Below are positions 1 to 12,911 of a stretch of DNA of 64,000 bases, in pieces. The stretch comes from Vicugna vicugna. Its lineage: Eukaryota. The position numbers and the translations under genes are program-made. The DNA lies in the NCBI GenBank assembly GCA_013265495.1, contig MU058213.1:3348001-3412000 (forward strand), written 5' to 3'. The notes below the pieces were generated by a model. That model saw only the letters and a program-made list of their open reading frames with translations. It was not told the origin of the DNA and ran no database searches. How positions within the stretch are numbered: the stretch's first letter is position 1; each line of letters starts with the position of its first letter.

Positions 1-3000
1 AGTCAGTTTTATGGCCCACATAGTAGGTGGTTTCCAAAATCATTCCTTTAAGAAGTCTACTGCCTTTGGTTAAATGAACCTATTTTGTAATTATTTGAAA
101 AGAAAGAATGAAAGACTGTAATCAGATACTGTTCAGAGCAACTATTTCTACTAAAAGTGAAAATTAACTGTGGAAAAGCACAGTAAGAACAGAAGAGAAG
201 CAAAAAAATGTGAGTTTATATCCCAAAGACCTTGTCTGTGATAAATGACAGCAATAATGTTAGTGGAATTTTTAAACCGACCCTAAAAATGGTCTGTTAA
301 CAAATGAACGCAAAAAAGCTAATCTGGACAGAACGCTTAATGCCATTTATGTTGCCGGTACATTACTTTAGCATAGAAGAATCCCGGCATCTGTTAAGGT
401 ATCTGAGCTGATAGTTGCTATCAAGGAACCAGATCATCTGAAACGAATTTATAGAATAAGAGTCAGTATGGAACAATACACCTGAAATTATTCACAATTA
501 GGACGATCTTATCATAAAATATAGTGTATTTTCCACTCCATCTTAAGGGGGTACAGTCAGAAAGTTGCAAAACAACCACATTATAAGGGTTTTCACCTGT
601 AGCAGGCTTCCAAAGACTCTGGATGTTGTCTAAGGCTTCCTTGTGTGAGGGGGAAGAGGGAACACAGTCTCTGAAAAGACTCCGGCTTCTTTAAAACGTG
701 ACTTCCGTATTTTGTAAATTGAGTGATCCTCATTATCTTCAAAACAAAATCGCTATTACAGTAAGGTTCAAAATGAACCCTCTCTGATCAAAGTGGTCTC
801 CTTTATGCCACAAAATCTTGTTCTGCCTTGACTAAAGGAAAGATTACAACTTCCTCCAGCTATATCAATTTGGCTTACGAGTGGTAGTTTTCTGCTTTCT
901 TTCATGAGATATGTAACCAACCACACAACCAAATCCTATTCTGCTATGATGAAAGGTAACACCCAGAAATCTGACTTAATTTTACCATGCTTCCATACAA
1001 ACTGGCTAAGGGACTCTGAAATTAATCCTTAACCCGGGACTGTTTCTTTCACCTCCTACTCCCAGCAATAACTAGGAGTTTTAACTTAAGATTTCTCAAA
1101 AAAAAGATTGAGTTTTGAAGATGTGCAAGTGATCCAAAAATGTTGCTAATGATTTTAAATATTCTGGATCTTTACAATTGGTGCTAAATAGCATGCCAAC
1201 ACATCACACTTACTGTGAAACCTAACAGCACAAATTCTTGGGCAAAATAGAAGCTGAAGATTATCTAATATCAGCGTCCTAAATGCTAAACCAGCAAAGA
1301 CACTATCCAAATAATCCCCCACTTTCTCATCCTACAAAGATGAAACAATTAAGATCAGTTTCTGACAATCAGCTTATGGAAACAGTTCCTTTACCATTAG
1401 AAACCCTAACTTCAGAATCTGAAGTCAATTTCTGAAATAAACAGGCAAAAAAGAGGAACAAATTATTTCCATCAGTCTATTATCAGGGAACACAAGTGTG
1501 TAGCTATTAATTTTGCTTCAGTTTATTGTGCGATGACTATAACAAACATTTAAAATTGTACTTAAAACTGAGCTAAATACTGAAAGTACCAAGTAAAAAA
1601 AAAACTAAGTGAAAATAATCACTACAAAGATGTAAAATCCTGAAGAAAACCGCAAACCACAATTTAGAACAAATCACATAAACATTAAATCAGAAGCCTA
1701 ATGCTTTATATCCAACTCCCCCAAAGTAAACCACTTCCAATAAAATCAAACTGTGTATTTTAAAATCATTAAACGAGAACAAACTAGCAACATCAAAATA
1801 CTTCCATTGCTCTGCCAGTATTTACACTATACTAATAAAGACAAAAGAATCTTCTCAGCCGCTTTAAAAAAAACAAAACATTCTACATCTTAGGGAATGG
1901 AACTTTGAAGGTTTAGAGTAAAATGTTCTAAAATAACTTTCATTATTATGTACAATTAAATTGAGTTAATCAGAAATTTGGGAGAAAACTGGACAAGTGA
2001 GTCAATTTAATCTTTTGGTTTAATCCTTATTTTAAGCAGAGGTCACATCTGTTACATCTTTTCATCTAGTCCTATAATGCCTCACTTTAAAAAATTTTAA
2101 TGTTAATTAAATGAATCGAAACATATGAACTCATTCACCTATTTCTTTCTTTCAGAAACAAAGAACTGTATTTATTACTAAGGAGAATGTGTCCCAATAA
2201 CATACTTTTTTAATGAAAACTTAATTACCAGAAGTGGAAACAAAAGGATGCGTATTAGGGCATCAAAAAGGGGATTCGTATGAAAATGAAATTTTGAGGT
2301 ATCACTTTGCTACTCAAATTGACATTGAATCAGCAAACAGAAGCAGTTAAATTTCATTTCCAAGCCCACTTAGTAAATCTAGTTCCAGTTAGAGTATCTT
2401 TAATGTACAAAAGCGCAGTAAAAGCAAGTATTCACCATGTAAGACACAGATAGGATTCCCTTAACCTACTGCCCTCTAGACACATCACTCTCTGTTAAAC
2501 AGGCAGCTTTCGCCAGATGCTCTCGCTAAAATGGTCACAGATGGTCAGCTGCCCAGTTAACAGAACACACTGCCCTCCCAGTAGCCAAGAGTAAGAAGGA
2601 AAGGACTGAGAACAGCTAATGCTTGTCTGCTTAGTGGGTTAAACCCATTCGCTTGTTCTAAGGGTGGCTAGGCCCCAAGCGTGGCTTTCCAGAGAAGGAA
2701 GACTAGACCCTAGGGCTCTCAAGATAAAAAGGCATCTTAAAGGTGATCTAGTCAACAGCTGTACAACGCTTGAATCCACACAACCACATCCCTGCCGGTC
2801 AGCCAATCCCGCCATGGGGTGTGGAGCCGGGCGTCTAAGAAGAAAGCCCCACAGCTGTGAGAGTCCTCTGTCACCCTGCACTGCAATTACTCCAACCACT
2901 CAGTTTAATTCCAGTCAGGAAACACGGGGCTATTTTAATAGATGGGGCATATTGACTATAACAAAATCATTCCCTACTTTCATGCATTATAAAATGATTT

Positions 3001-4803
3001 TAAACTGAATTACCCCAAATAGTATATGCAAAGGATTTTACAGCATAAAAACACAAGCAGTAAATATGTGTGATCTATTTTTAAAAGAGGAGGAAATAAA
3101 CGTTTACAGTATTGAAAGCTACTATTCAGAGATATTAAAAATTTCAACAAAGATCAATGGGACTTCTTCATATACGTGCAGTCTGTGGAAATTTTTTAAA
3201 TTTTAAAGAATTGCTCTTAATTGACAAAGTTATAATGTTTCTCTAAACTTTTCACAAGCAGAGCATTATTCTGATTTTTTTCTAATAAATTATTCATCTG
3301 TTCATTATTCATCTACCTGTAAGTTGGGGAAGAGTGCTCTAGGAATCCACTGTTTTGTATCTTCAATATATTTATACTTCCTTATCAGTGAAGAAATTGG
3401 AAGTACTGAACTTGACGTATGACTTTTCATCAACAATTGTCCCAAATCCTATTTCTTACTTGATATCGACTAATGTTTTCTTGATTAAATGACATGCATC
3501 TGGAAAGGGAGGGCACACCGAGAAGGCATGGCTGGAAATAAATGTTGCTCAATGGTCACAGTCAGTTAGGCTAAAGTCATCTGAGTATCAGTGGCTTAAG
3601 GAAGGTCACCCTGGAACATATGTAACTTCTCCTCGTCCTTTATAAAGCTGTGTGACAGGGATCAATAGTGAAACTTATTTAACCTCATGCAGATTAAATA
3701 AAATCCGACAAAACAAGATTACCAACAAAATGCCATCTGGAAGACTACGGCAAAGAACTGAAGGATGGGGTTCTGTGTTCCTGGGTCTGAAAGAAGACTC
3801 CCACCACTGCTTCTCAGGGTGCTGCACAGGGTCTTGAGTCTAACATTGCTCTCACAGCCTGTGCTGCGCGGCCAGGGAAATAGATGAAGCAGTCCCTGAT
3901 GGGACCACTGTGCCTCTTCCCTTCCCACACTCCACAGGGCAGTCCGTGACAGGGAAACCCAGAGTGCTGTAAATTTCCAGTGTGCGCAGAAGGTGCTATT
4001 AACAATTCAGTAGGAATTTAGTTGGTGATCATAAAATTGCTGCTTTGTACTCACGGGCAAAAATCTATTCATAAGCAACAAATAGCTCAATGTGCATTCC
4101 GCACCTTGAGCATCCGTCTGTTTATACTCATGCATTTACTGTAGTTTTAAGTGTCTTTACTTTCTACTAAACATGTTCACATCGTGAAATTCTTTCACTC
4201 TGCAAAGACAGGATGGATAGGGAATGAAACAGTGCCTTTCAGAACTCTGATGAACCCAAACACAAAATTAAGTGCTTTTTCTTTAGTGTTTCTGGGTTAG
4301 AGCAATATAAAGTAAATATTAAGTTACATGTCTCATATAGAAGAGCATTATTTTGTACACAATTTACATGTATTTTACACATGCAAAATAATACACCTAC
4401 ATAGCACTCTCAATTTCTAAGTTAAACTTAAATTACTGTGTATTACCTGATCATTTGTGGTATTTCTAATTTTACGCTCCTATTCTATATCCACCATACA
4501 GCCAAAAGAATTGATCAGCATGTCACTCTACCAAAAGTGAACTTGAGAAAGAAAAGGAGATGTGCAAAGGTGGGGGGCAGACAGAAGGACACCCTGGTTA
4601 TCTGACCTTCTGTTGATTTACTCACAATGGAGAGTCAAGGACCACACACTGACTTGAGCAGTAGGATACACGCAGTGGGGTAGAAAAGTCAATTCTTTTC
4701 TTTTAACCATGAAGTCAGTTCTTCTACCTTATATCCAATAACTTTTTCCCCAACTGGTCAGAACGGAAGGGAAAAAGGAGAAGCGCAGGACAGGTTCACT
4801 TAC

Positions 4804-4992
4804 CTAAACCACTGAGAGTATACAGCAGGTCGCTGGTATCTAAGAAAATGGGTCCATTCTCCTGCTGCCCTTCCTCTTTGTAGAACAGCTTGTAGCCCCG
4901 AATGGTTGCTGTGTCCTCGGCATCCTGCTGCCACTTCACAGAAATGGTGGTACAGTTGAGAGGCTCCAAATGCAACTCTGGAGACTTTGGGG
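4804..4992 (-). CDS. PRTG: PRTG exon 11 (189 nt, phase 1-1), N-terminal part of FNIII-3
   Basis: Acceptor tttttctag|CC, donor TAG|gtaagt. Manual translation: (A)[62 protein letters not shown]. Not the frame shown in the ORF track. Confidence 0.95.
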
Positions 4993-5729
4993 CTAGAAAA
5001 ATTCACCAGAAAAGTATGCGTAAGAGACCCATAATTCGCATGAAAACACAGGACCATCGAGTTCTCTCAGTCTTAAACCAACAGCTGCAAAAAAGTTCAA
5101 TTCCAACAGTTATACTTAACCTTAATTTTTGAAATTCCACAATGAGATGAAACTTTGACACAGAATTAAAAATATAAAATACTAACTAAAAAACTAAGGT
5201 ATATAAATAAGAACAAAATTATATTTGTATATTTTAAGGTTTTTCAAAGAAGCAATAAGTATTTCCCTAATTTTGACCATCCACTATTCCTCAATGATAG
5301 AATAGGTATTATGATTAATCAATTAACAACAAGAAGCCCAGGCGTGTTACAGTCTACATTAGTAAAAGAGGAAGGTCTACAACTTCCTAGTATTATAGTC
5401 TTTCTAATAAATTGATTTTTTAAAAAATAAATGGCAATGATATTAATTAGGTCTCTATTAATAAATAATTTTTGGTAATTCAATCAGATTTGGACCCATC
5501 TGTCTATGAAAGATCTGCTAAGCAAACATAGAGTAACCGAAAGTTTTACACGCTAATGAGTTCTACGCAAAAAGCAACTACTTAGTAAAAAGTTCAAATT
5601 TTTTTTCAATTAAGCTCATGATCTGTGGAATATTTTAATTCATAAGACGAAATTTTAAAATACAAACATAACTTAGGTAAGAAAAAAAGGAAAAACAATG
5701 TGCTAGTCTTCCTTAAAAGTCAGATTTAC

Positions 5730-6035
5730 CTTTCACACTGGTAGCTTTGGGGGTCCTATGTGAGGTCCACACTGAAGACTCTCCCAGCCCCACCCTGGTG
5801 GCAGCAGTGATCCGCACCAGGTAGACACTGTCAGGTTTCAGGCCCTCCAAAAGGTACTCGTGCGTGGTCCCCGGGAGCTCCAGAACTTGGATGGCGTTCT
5901 CGGTACTCAGGCGGAAGGACAGGCGGTAGAGCACCACTTGGCCCCGCCGATACTTGGCTGGGATCGGCAGCCAGGAGATGAGAATATCCGTGGGACTTCG
6001 ACTGGTCAAACTAATTTCAGGAGGTCTCAAGGGAA
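5730..6035 (-). CDS. PRTG: PRTG exon 10 (306 nt, phase 1-1), FNIII-2
   Basis: Acceptor tgactag|TT, donor AAG|gtaaat. (V)[25 protein letters not shown]...[10 protein letters not shown], matching ORF 5713..6030. Confidence 0.96.
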
Positions 6036-6459
6036 CTAGTCACACAAGAAGACAAGTTGCTTATAAATATCAATGTCAATTAGCACTCCAGTATGTACTG
6101 AATTATCTTAACAGCAACATGCCACATAATAAAGGAGAAATACTTTCAGCCCTAGCTGAGGTTTTCAGTTAAGCAGAATACAAACCACAGAAAAGGAAAA
6201 ATAATGAGGCAGGGTCCAGTATAGAGAAGCAAAGACAGCAAGGTGTTCGTCCTTGCTACCGTGACTGTTCTGATGTCATCTGGGGTGAATATGAGCTTAC
6301 TTAATATCGACACAAAATAGGAGAATGGTTCTCAAATAACCCCACCAAAAGACCTTAAAACAACAAAGAGAGAATTATACAAGAGTAGAGGAGCTTAGGA
6401 CACCAAGGTTATAATCTGACTAATAACATTTTGAAGTGTAAGAGTTGTATCTTAAAAAC

Positions 6460-6630
6460 TGGTGCGACTTTTGCAGGGTGATGGACATGTTAGCTATCTT
6501 GATTCTGGTGGTGATGTCATTGGTTTCACTTCATATACATCTATCAAAAATTCATCAAATTGTACATCTGAAAGATGTGTAGTTTATTGTGCAGCAGTCA
6601 TACCACAATAAAGGTGTTAAAAACAAAAAT
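6460..6630 (+). mobile_element. Old L1 (L1M-type) 3' end fragment
   Basis: ggtgatggacatgttagctatcttgat...catcaaattgtaca...caataaag resembles ancient L1 3' UTR termini. Confidence 0.7.
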
Positions 6631-6789
6631 TTAGCACTGTTCTCCAAATTTTAAAAAATTGGTGCAAATTTTGTATCTCCAGTTATAATTTATTGTGCTC
6701 AATATGAAAACAGTGTAAATATTTCCTCTGAATAATCTGAATACAACTGGCACTCCAGGAAAATGAGTCAAGATTACCGGCAGGCAGTC

Positions 6790-8035
6790 TAATGTTAAGA
6801 GTTAAGGTGAGTTCTGGAGCTAGCCAGTGTGTGTGTGAATCCTTGTTATATCAATTACTAGTCTGTGCGATCATGGCCAGAGGAACTTCTCTGTGTCTAG
6901 GTGTCTTCATGTACAAAATGGGGATGATGGTAAGAGCTTCTTCTCCAGTCTTTCCTGTCTCAAGTAATGGCAATTATTTGTCCAACTGCTCAAGACAAAA
7001 ACCTGCGTGTTACCCTGGACTCCTCCATATACTCAATGCTGGGGCTCTGGCTCACACTGCCACCCTCTTGGCCCCTGTCATCGTCACCCTCAGTCTGCGG
7101 TGTCGCACAAGCCTCCTCACAGATTTCCCTGCCTCTGCCCTCATCTCCGCATCAAGTCTCAATACCTGCAGTTAAATTGTGAGTCACATCTTGTCACTTT
7201 CCTGCTCAAAACAGCTCCCAACTCACTCCAAGGAAAAGTGAGTCCTCACTGTGGCTCCATCCAAAGCCCTAACCTGCGTACACAGTAGGCTCCTTATTCA
7301 TCTCTGCCTACTGCTTTCTGCTTGTTCCCTCCACTCCAGCCATGCTTGTGCTTCAGGCCCTTGGCAATTCCCACGTCCTCTGCCTGGGATGCACATCCCC
7401 CAGCCCTCTGCCTAGCCAGCCCCTTCATTTTCGTTTCCTTCACATCTTCAAATGTAACCTACTACCCTGAGGTGCATCTGTCTAAAGTCTTAACCCCTTT
7501 CCCTGCTTTTTCCCCCTTCTTCCCAACACTGATTACCATCCCACACAGTATGTAACTGACTATCATATTTGTTGTTCCTCTGCTTTTTTTCTCATTATAG
7601 AAAGTAACAAGGTCAGGAACAATTTTTCATCTCTTTTGTTCTCTACTAATTATTGAATAACACATAGCAGGTACTCAAATATTTGCCGAATTAATGAAAT
7701 AGTATGTGGAAGAGGGAAGATGGGTTAATCAAGCACTTCTGAGTCCTTTATGTGTATCAACTCATGAATTCTCAAAAAAAACCCAATGAAGAAAGTACCA
7801 TTATCATTTCTACTTTGTGGCTTTGAGGTACAAGGAGGTCAAGTCACCTGCCCAAGGCCGCAGAGCTTGGAGGTGAAGAAGCAGACCTGGAGCCTGCATT
7901 CTCATCCCCTATCCTCTACTACCTCTTACGGAATAGATAGTTCTTCTATCATAGGGTGATGCAGGGACTAAATGAGCTAGTTCAGGGAAGGTTTTTAGAG
8001 CTGGCAGTGGTAAACACTCCACAAGCGTCAGCTGT
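6790..8035. mobile_element. Nested cluster: MIR (+) split by an L2 3' fragment (+, ~6936-7700) and a second MIR (-, ~7725-7920)
   Basis: MIR core 'cttcatgtacaaaatggggatgat' ends near 6930 and resumes as 'catagggtgatgcagggactaaatgag' near 7950. The L2 terminus 'cacatagcaggtactcaaatatttgccgaattaatgaa' lies at ~7660-7700. Confidence 0.7.
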
Positions 8036-9423
8036 ATCTGCTGTGCACACTAGGAGACCCTCATATCTCAGCTTGAGAAGTACAGGCTTAGGAAATGCAG
8101 GAAGACTGGTGCAGAGAACTGAAAAGCAGTATCAGAAGTATGTATGTATGAACTAAAACTTCATTCAATAAAAAAGTTGCAGAATAAGGGAAGGTTTAAA
8201 GGAGACAAACTTTGAGATCGTAACTTAACTGGCACCGGCAAGCTTTAACAAGTAGCTTTCTATGCTTAGGCACATTTTCTTCAAGAATAAAGAGGGGAAT
8301 ACACCCCATACACTAAATAAACCCAAAACAACAACAATAAACACTAACCTGTGTTTCACCTTAGATATGCATGTCAGAGGTTGTTAAATACAGTAAGATA
8401 ACCAGAAAGGTCATGGTTCCCTCTAAAATAGGACAGACTCTTCAATGTAAACTGAAATGTGGAATTCAGTATCCAGACCAGTGGTCATTCTTTCATTTGG
8501 TAAAACCCTGACTTCATAAACATTTATGCAAATGGTATTAAGAGATACAAGAGATCTGGGACCAAATGAACCGAAGAAAGAGTTTTGGGAGTCATTTATA
8601 TTAAAAAGTTTTGAAAACTAAGGGTGGACCATTTCTTGAGGATGAGAAAGTGTTTGTCAACGGAGAATACTGTAATTAAGTATATGTTAAATCATTCCCT
8701 TTCCACACTGCGGAGTACAAACATGGGCCACAGAGAGCCCCTAAGCACAAAGTGAATGAAGAGTCAGAGGAGGAGACTCAGCTCTCCAGGACGATTTTAA
8801 TGGATGGAATTTCCCACCATTATAAGAGTATATGGAGCCCTGTCTGCAAAAGAACTGCAACTCAATTCCCAACCTCTGGTCAGTTAACTAACTGAACAAG
8901 TAATACTTTCCTCCTTAAGCAGAGTAAGCATAATATATTTAAAAATAAACTACCCGCTTTTGGATTTTACAATTTTTTTTAACTGACAGGTACTAAATTT
9001 TATAAACTCCTAATTTCAGAAGTCCAAAGCCTCCGACATCCTATTATAATATACACTCAATATGTAACTCATTATATTTATTCACACCTAGAGAATCTCA
9101 CATTTTGTTCTGCTCAGTTAAAAAAAAACCCCTGCAATATATTCACAGTTCAAACTAGGAACCCTGAGGAAAATCAGTGACAATACAAGAGTTTTGTTAT
9201 TAAAATCTGTATTATGAATTACAAACCAAAGTGTTCTTTATCCTTATCATGCTACGGCCAAAAACTGAAAGATCTGAAATGGCAAATTAGCCTCTGGTTA
9301 CCACATCTGTTATTTTTTTAACCAAAACCAGGGTACTTTCTCTAATTTAAAACATTTATTCTTTGAAACTGATAAAATATATTAATGTTCATACTTAAAT
9401 GACCTAGAATCATACTTTCTTAC

Positions 9424-9588
9424 CATCCTCTAAAGTGTTCTGTGTCACATGGTCAGACATCTGGCTGGCTCCCATTGGCATATATGCCACTATGTAGAAA
9501 GTATAATTGCTGGCAGGTTCTAAGTCATCAATAATATAATGAGTTGTGTCATTTCCGATGACTACTTGGTACTCTTCATTATTTAAAC
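9424..9588 (-). CDS. PRTG: PRTG exon 9 (165 nt, phase 1-1), C-terminal half of FNIII-1
   Basis: Acceptor taatctag|GT, donor ATG|gtaaga. Manual translation: (G)[54 protein letters not shown]. Confidence 0.95.
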
Positions 9589-11137
9589 CTAGATTAAAGA
9601 ATCAGTGTTTTTAAATTATGAACATGCAAAAGAAAATTAAGACCATCACCATTTTCTCTTACTATAAAACACTGGTCCTTGGGTCTCTTTGCTATCTTTA
9701 GTAACCCTTTAAAAAATGTGAATAAGAAGGTCTTTATTTTTCAAAAGTAACCACGTCTTGTTACAAACTACTAGTTTGAATTTTTCCTGAATACATCAGA
9801 CTGAAACAATTATTCTTCTCTAAATTTCATTTAACATCTAGTCTAAACCCATAGCAGAGACAATGTACAGCACTGACACAACAGAGTTTAACACTACAGA
9901 ATACTGTAGTTCATAACAGTGTAAATTTTACTTGCTGAAACTCATGGTTTCTTTTTTCTTTTAAACACAAATGGAGAGACAGTAGGGAATGTAATGGCTC
10001 TACTCTTTATAAAACCAAACCAAACCAAAAGTTGTCCTGCAAAAGATCTCATTTTGCCCTTAGAGATTCTATTAAATTTGACTGACACAAGTTGTTCTTT
10101 TATTTATATTGAAAGCAAAAGAACTAGGAGGCATAGAATGTGCTTCAAAATGTTTTGTTCCACAACGAGTTTTCTATTCCCCCCCAAAGAGGAAAAAAAA
10201 ACATTCTCAGCAATTCTTAATAAAATATGCATGGCAAGGTATAGAAGAGGATTTGTCTTTGTGGGGTTTAATTCCTACCAAGTAAACCTGCCAAGTGGAA
10301 CAAGAGCCCTGGCAGCTAACTGTGCTTTGTGAACAATTCACGGTAAATGCACGTCAACTTAATCAAAACTCTCTAAGGAAGGAGCCCCTTCTCTCCACAC
10401 TGGATTTATAAACAAAACAGAAGGCAAATTCCACTATTAAGTTTTCCCACATTTCTGAATTAACTTGATAGCATTTTAATTAGACAAGATTACAGGCATT
10501 TCACAACAGACTGGCTAATGGCTCGTTAATTAGGAACTGCACAGTACGATTTCTGACCTACTAAACAAGGTCCTTGAGTTCGAATTAAAAAGCCTTGTTC
10601 CGCCTTTGAATAGACCTCTGGGCTGCATGTGGAGGCTCTAATGAAACAACCATAATAGCAAACAAGAGTGGTCTCCACCAAAACCAGCATTCCTTTTACC
10701 TTCCTAAATCACTCAAAAGGGAATTAACATACTCTAACATGCTCAGTTATCAGACTTTCATTCTTCTTGCTACCATGACCCCTGATTTAAATTCAAAATA
10801 TTCCTTTCCAAAATACTGCTCCAAAGTACAAAAAACAAACAACAACAAACCACCTGTTTCTACAGACAGTTTTATTACATCACCATTCTTTGGGTGTTTG
10901 AGTTTGCTTTTAATATCTGCTGTATAAAAGGTAGAATGTTTGTGTAGACAACTAACATCTGTAAACCTCTGCTAAGGTTTCTGTGAGAAATCAATAGCAA
11001 AATCTCTAAGATTTATAACTAGTTTTTCCTTTTCCTCTAAACTTTTTCTTCCCAAAAGAAAATATGAGGATAAAGAAGATTCCAGAAATGGAACTGAATG
11101 AAAATTTTAAGACAGATTTGATTTTGACTTTTATATT

Positions 11138-11209
11138 ATAAATGAGATACCAATTAAGAATGTCCTGGTCATGTAATAAATGAGGTATCAATTAAGAATG
11201 TCCTGCTCA
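11138..11209. repeat. Degenerate tandem duplication, 38-bp period
   Basis: ataaatgagataccaattaagaatgtcctggtca vs ataaatgaggtatcaattaagaatgtcctgctca (3 mismatches in 34 bp). Confidence 0.9.
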
Positions 11210-11710
11210 ATTTTTAGAGTTCTACAAGATTTCAGAAAATATTCAAAATATGTAAAATCATACCGTGGAGAATCTGAAAGTGTTTACTTCCTCCTCCCTC
11301 CAAAATAACATGCTATCGTGATTTTGGCTCACATTATTATTTTATCAAGCAGTTACACCATGGTTTCTATGTAACTGCATACTTTAACTGGCATTTTAAG
11401 CCTTAAGTAAGGAATTTATACCTTGGCTGAAATGAAATTCCTAAGTACACCACTCTGTAATGTTCAGCAGGCAGAGATGGTACTTACTTCTAAACAGAAA
11501 AATCTTAAACTATACTTACGTACACAAAGTTAACAATACAAAATTAGCAAAAAATTGACATGGAAGTGATATGTTAATTATTTTATTAAAAAAGGTAACT
11601 GCCATAGAACTTCAAAAATATTTTGTGGATTATGTAAGACATCCTTCATCCTGAAAACTATCCTTGGCAGTAAGCAGCACTTGCAAACAAACACTCCACA
11701 AATTGCTTAC

Positions 11711-11958
11711 CTTCTGCTTTCATGTAGTGCACGGAATAAGCAATGACTTTGTCTGAATTATACAGTGGCCTCTCCCAAGCTAAAAGGATGGCTGAACTTG
11801 ACATGGTTTCAGCATGCACATTATAGGGAGCGCTGGGTCTGTCTTCTGACATTACTACAGTCAGCCTGGCTCTAGATAAAACAGATCCCTGGCTGTTCTC
11901 AGCCATGCACTGATAAATAGCATCATCTTCAGGAATAATCTGGTTAATTACCAATTTA
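11711..11958 (-). CDS. PRTG: PRTG exon 8 (248 nt, phase 2-1), end of Ig4 and start of FNIII-1
   Basis: Acceptor tttcctcag|T, donor AAG|gtaagc. (S)[24 protein letters not shown]...YSVHYMKAE, within ORF 11658..12035. Confidence 0.96.
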
Positions 11959-12399
11959 CTGAGGAAAGAAAAAAAAATTTCAGTGAAAATTCTAAGTATG
12001 ACATAAAAATAAAGCTGAACTATTGCTAAGTGCACTCTTAATTTTAAATGACAAAAGCTACTAAGAACAAAAAACTGTAATCAGCCCTACTAAAAAGCTA
12101 TATGAATTGAAATTATTCTTATTTTCTGAGTCTATATAAGTAAATACTTGTGATATCCAAATTCTGTTCACTTTAGATGACAGCTTAATCTTTTTTTAAA
12201 ATTCAGCTTTTATTAAGAAGGAATTTTAATATGTAATAGCAACTAATTTCTATAATATTGCAATGTTACATAAGATTCAGGTGTTTAAAGTTTTGTTCAA
12301 CATATGAGAATGGTAGAAGAAGATTCATACTTATACTAATAAAAACAAGTTCTTAAAATCATTAAGTTTGAACTGTCGAGGAATTCTCGGAGACTTAAT

Positions 12400-12550
12400 T
12401 ATTTCCTTCTAAATTCCTCATTTTATAGAAGACAGAACTGAGACTCCAAAGGGTTAATATGCTTACTAATAATTTAGCTGGTGGCTTATCAGGACTAGAA
12501 CCCAGGTCTGGGGGACTGTCCTACCAGTCATTTCATTATAATCTACCACT
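12400..12550 (-). mobile_element. MIR fragment
   Basis: cctcattttatagaagacagaactgagact...ggactagaacccaggtctg matches the reverse MIR core. Confidence 0.7.
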
Positions 12551-12751
12551 TTCACAATCCATATATAAATACAAAAGGAAATTTGGCATGCTGCTGTTAA
12601 TAGTCTCAAGTTAATTTCTTATTTATTTTACTTCAGTTTAAAAATACCCAGATAAGTTAGATATTTGATATTATAATTATAATCATTTCACGTAAGAACT
12701 ACTAAAGCCACTATATCTTATCTACAACAGTAGCAAAATGACTTAGCCCAC

Positions 12752-12911
12752 CTGTTGTACATCTTAATTCTACCATTTGAATGTATCCTCCTTCCGTTTT
12801 TCAACCATGACATTTTGGGTGAAGGGATTCCTTCTGCCTGACATACAAATCGAGCAGTGCCAGCTCGAGGCCTCGTTAAACTTTCTGGCCATTCAACAAA
12901 TGAAGGAGGAG
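12752..12911 (-). CDS. PRTG: PRTG exon 7 (160 nt, phase 1-2), first half of Ig4
   Basis: Acceptor aaaatag|CT, donor CAG|gtgggc. (A)[52 protein letters not shown]. Confidence 0.95.

Noticed and set aside
2639..3008. Overlapping ORFs of 86 and 114 aa
   Set aside because: No recognisable domain, the 114-aa ORF starts at GTG, and there is no splice-supported link to PRTG. Such ORFs are expected by chance in a GC-elevated patch.
4800..5132. ORF-track proteins over exon 11
   Set aside because: They are the wrong frame or strand of the real exon, which reads [11 protein letters not shown].
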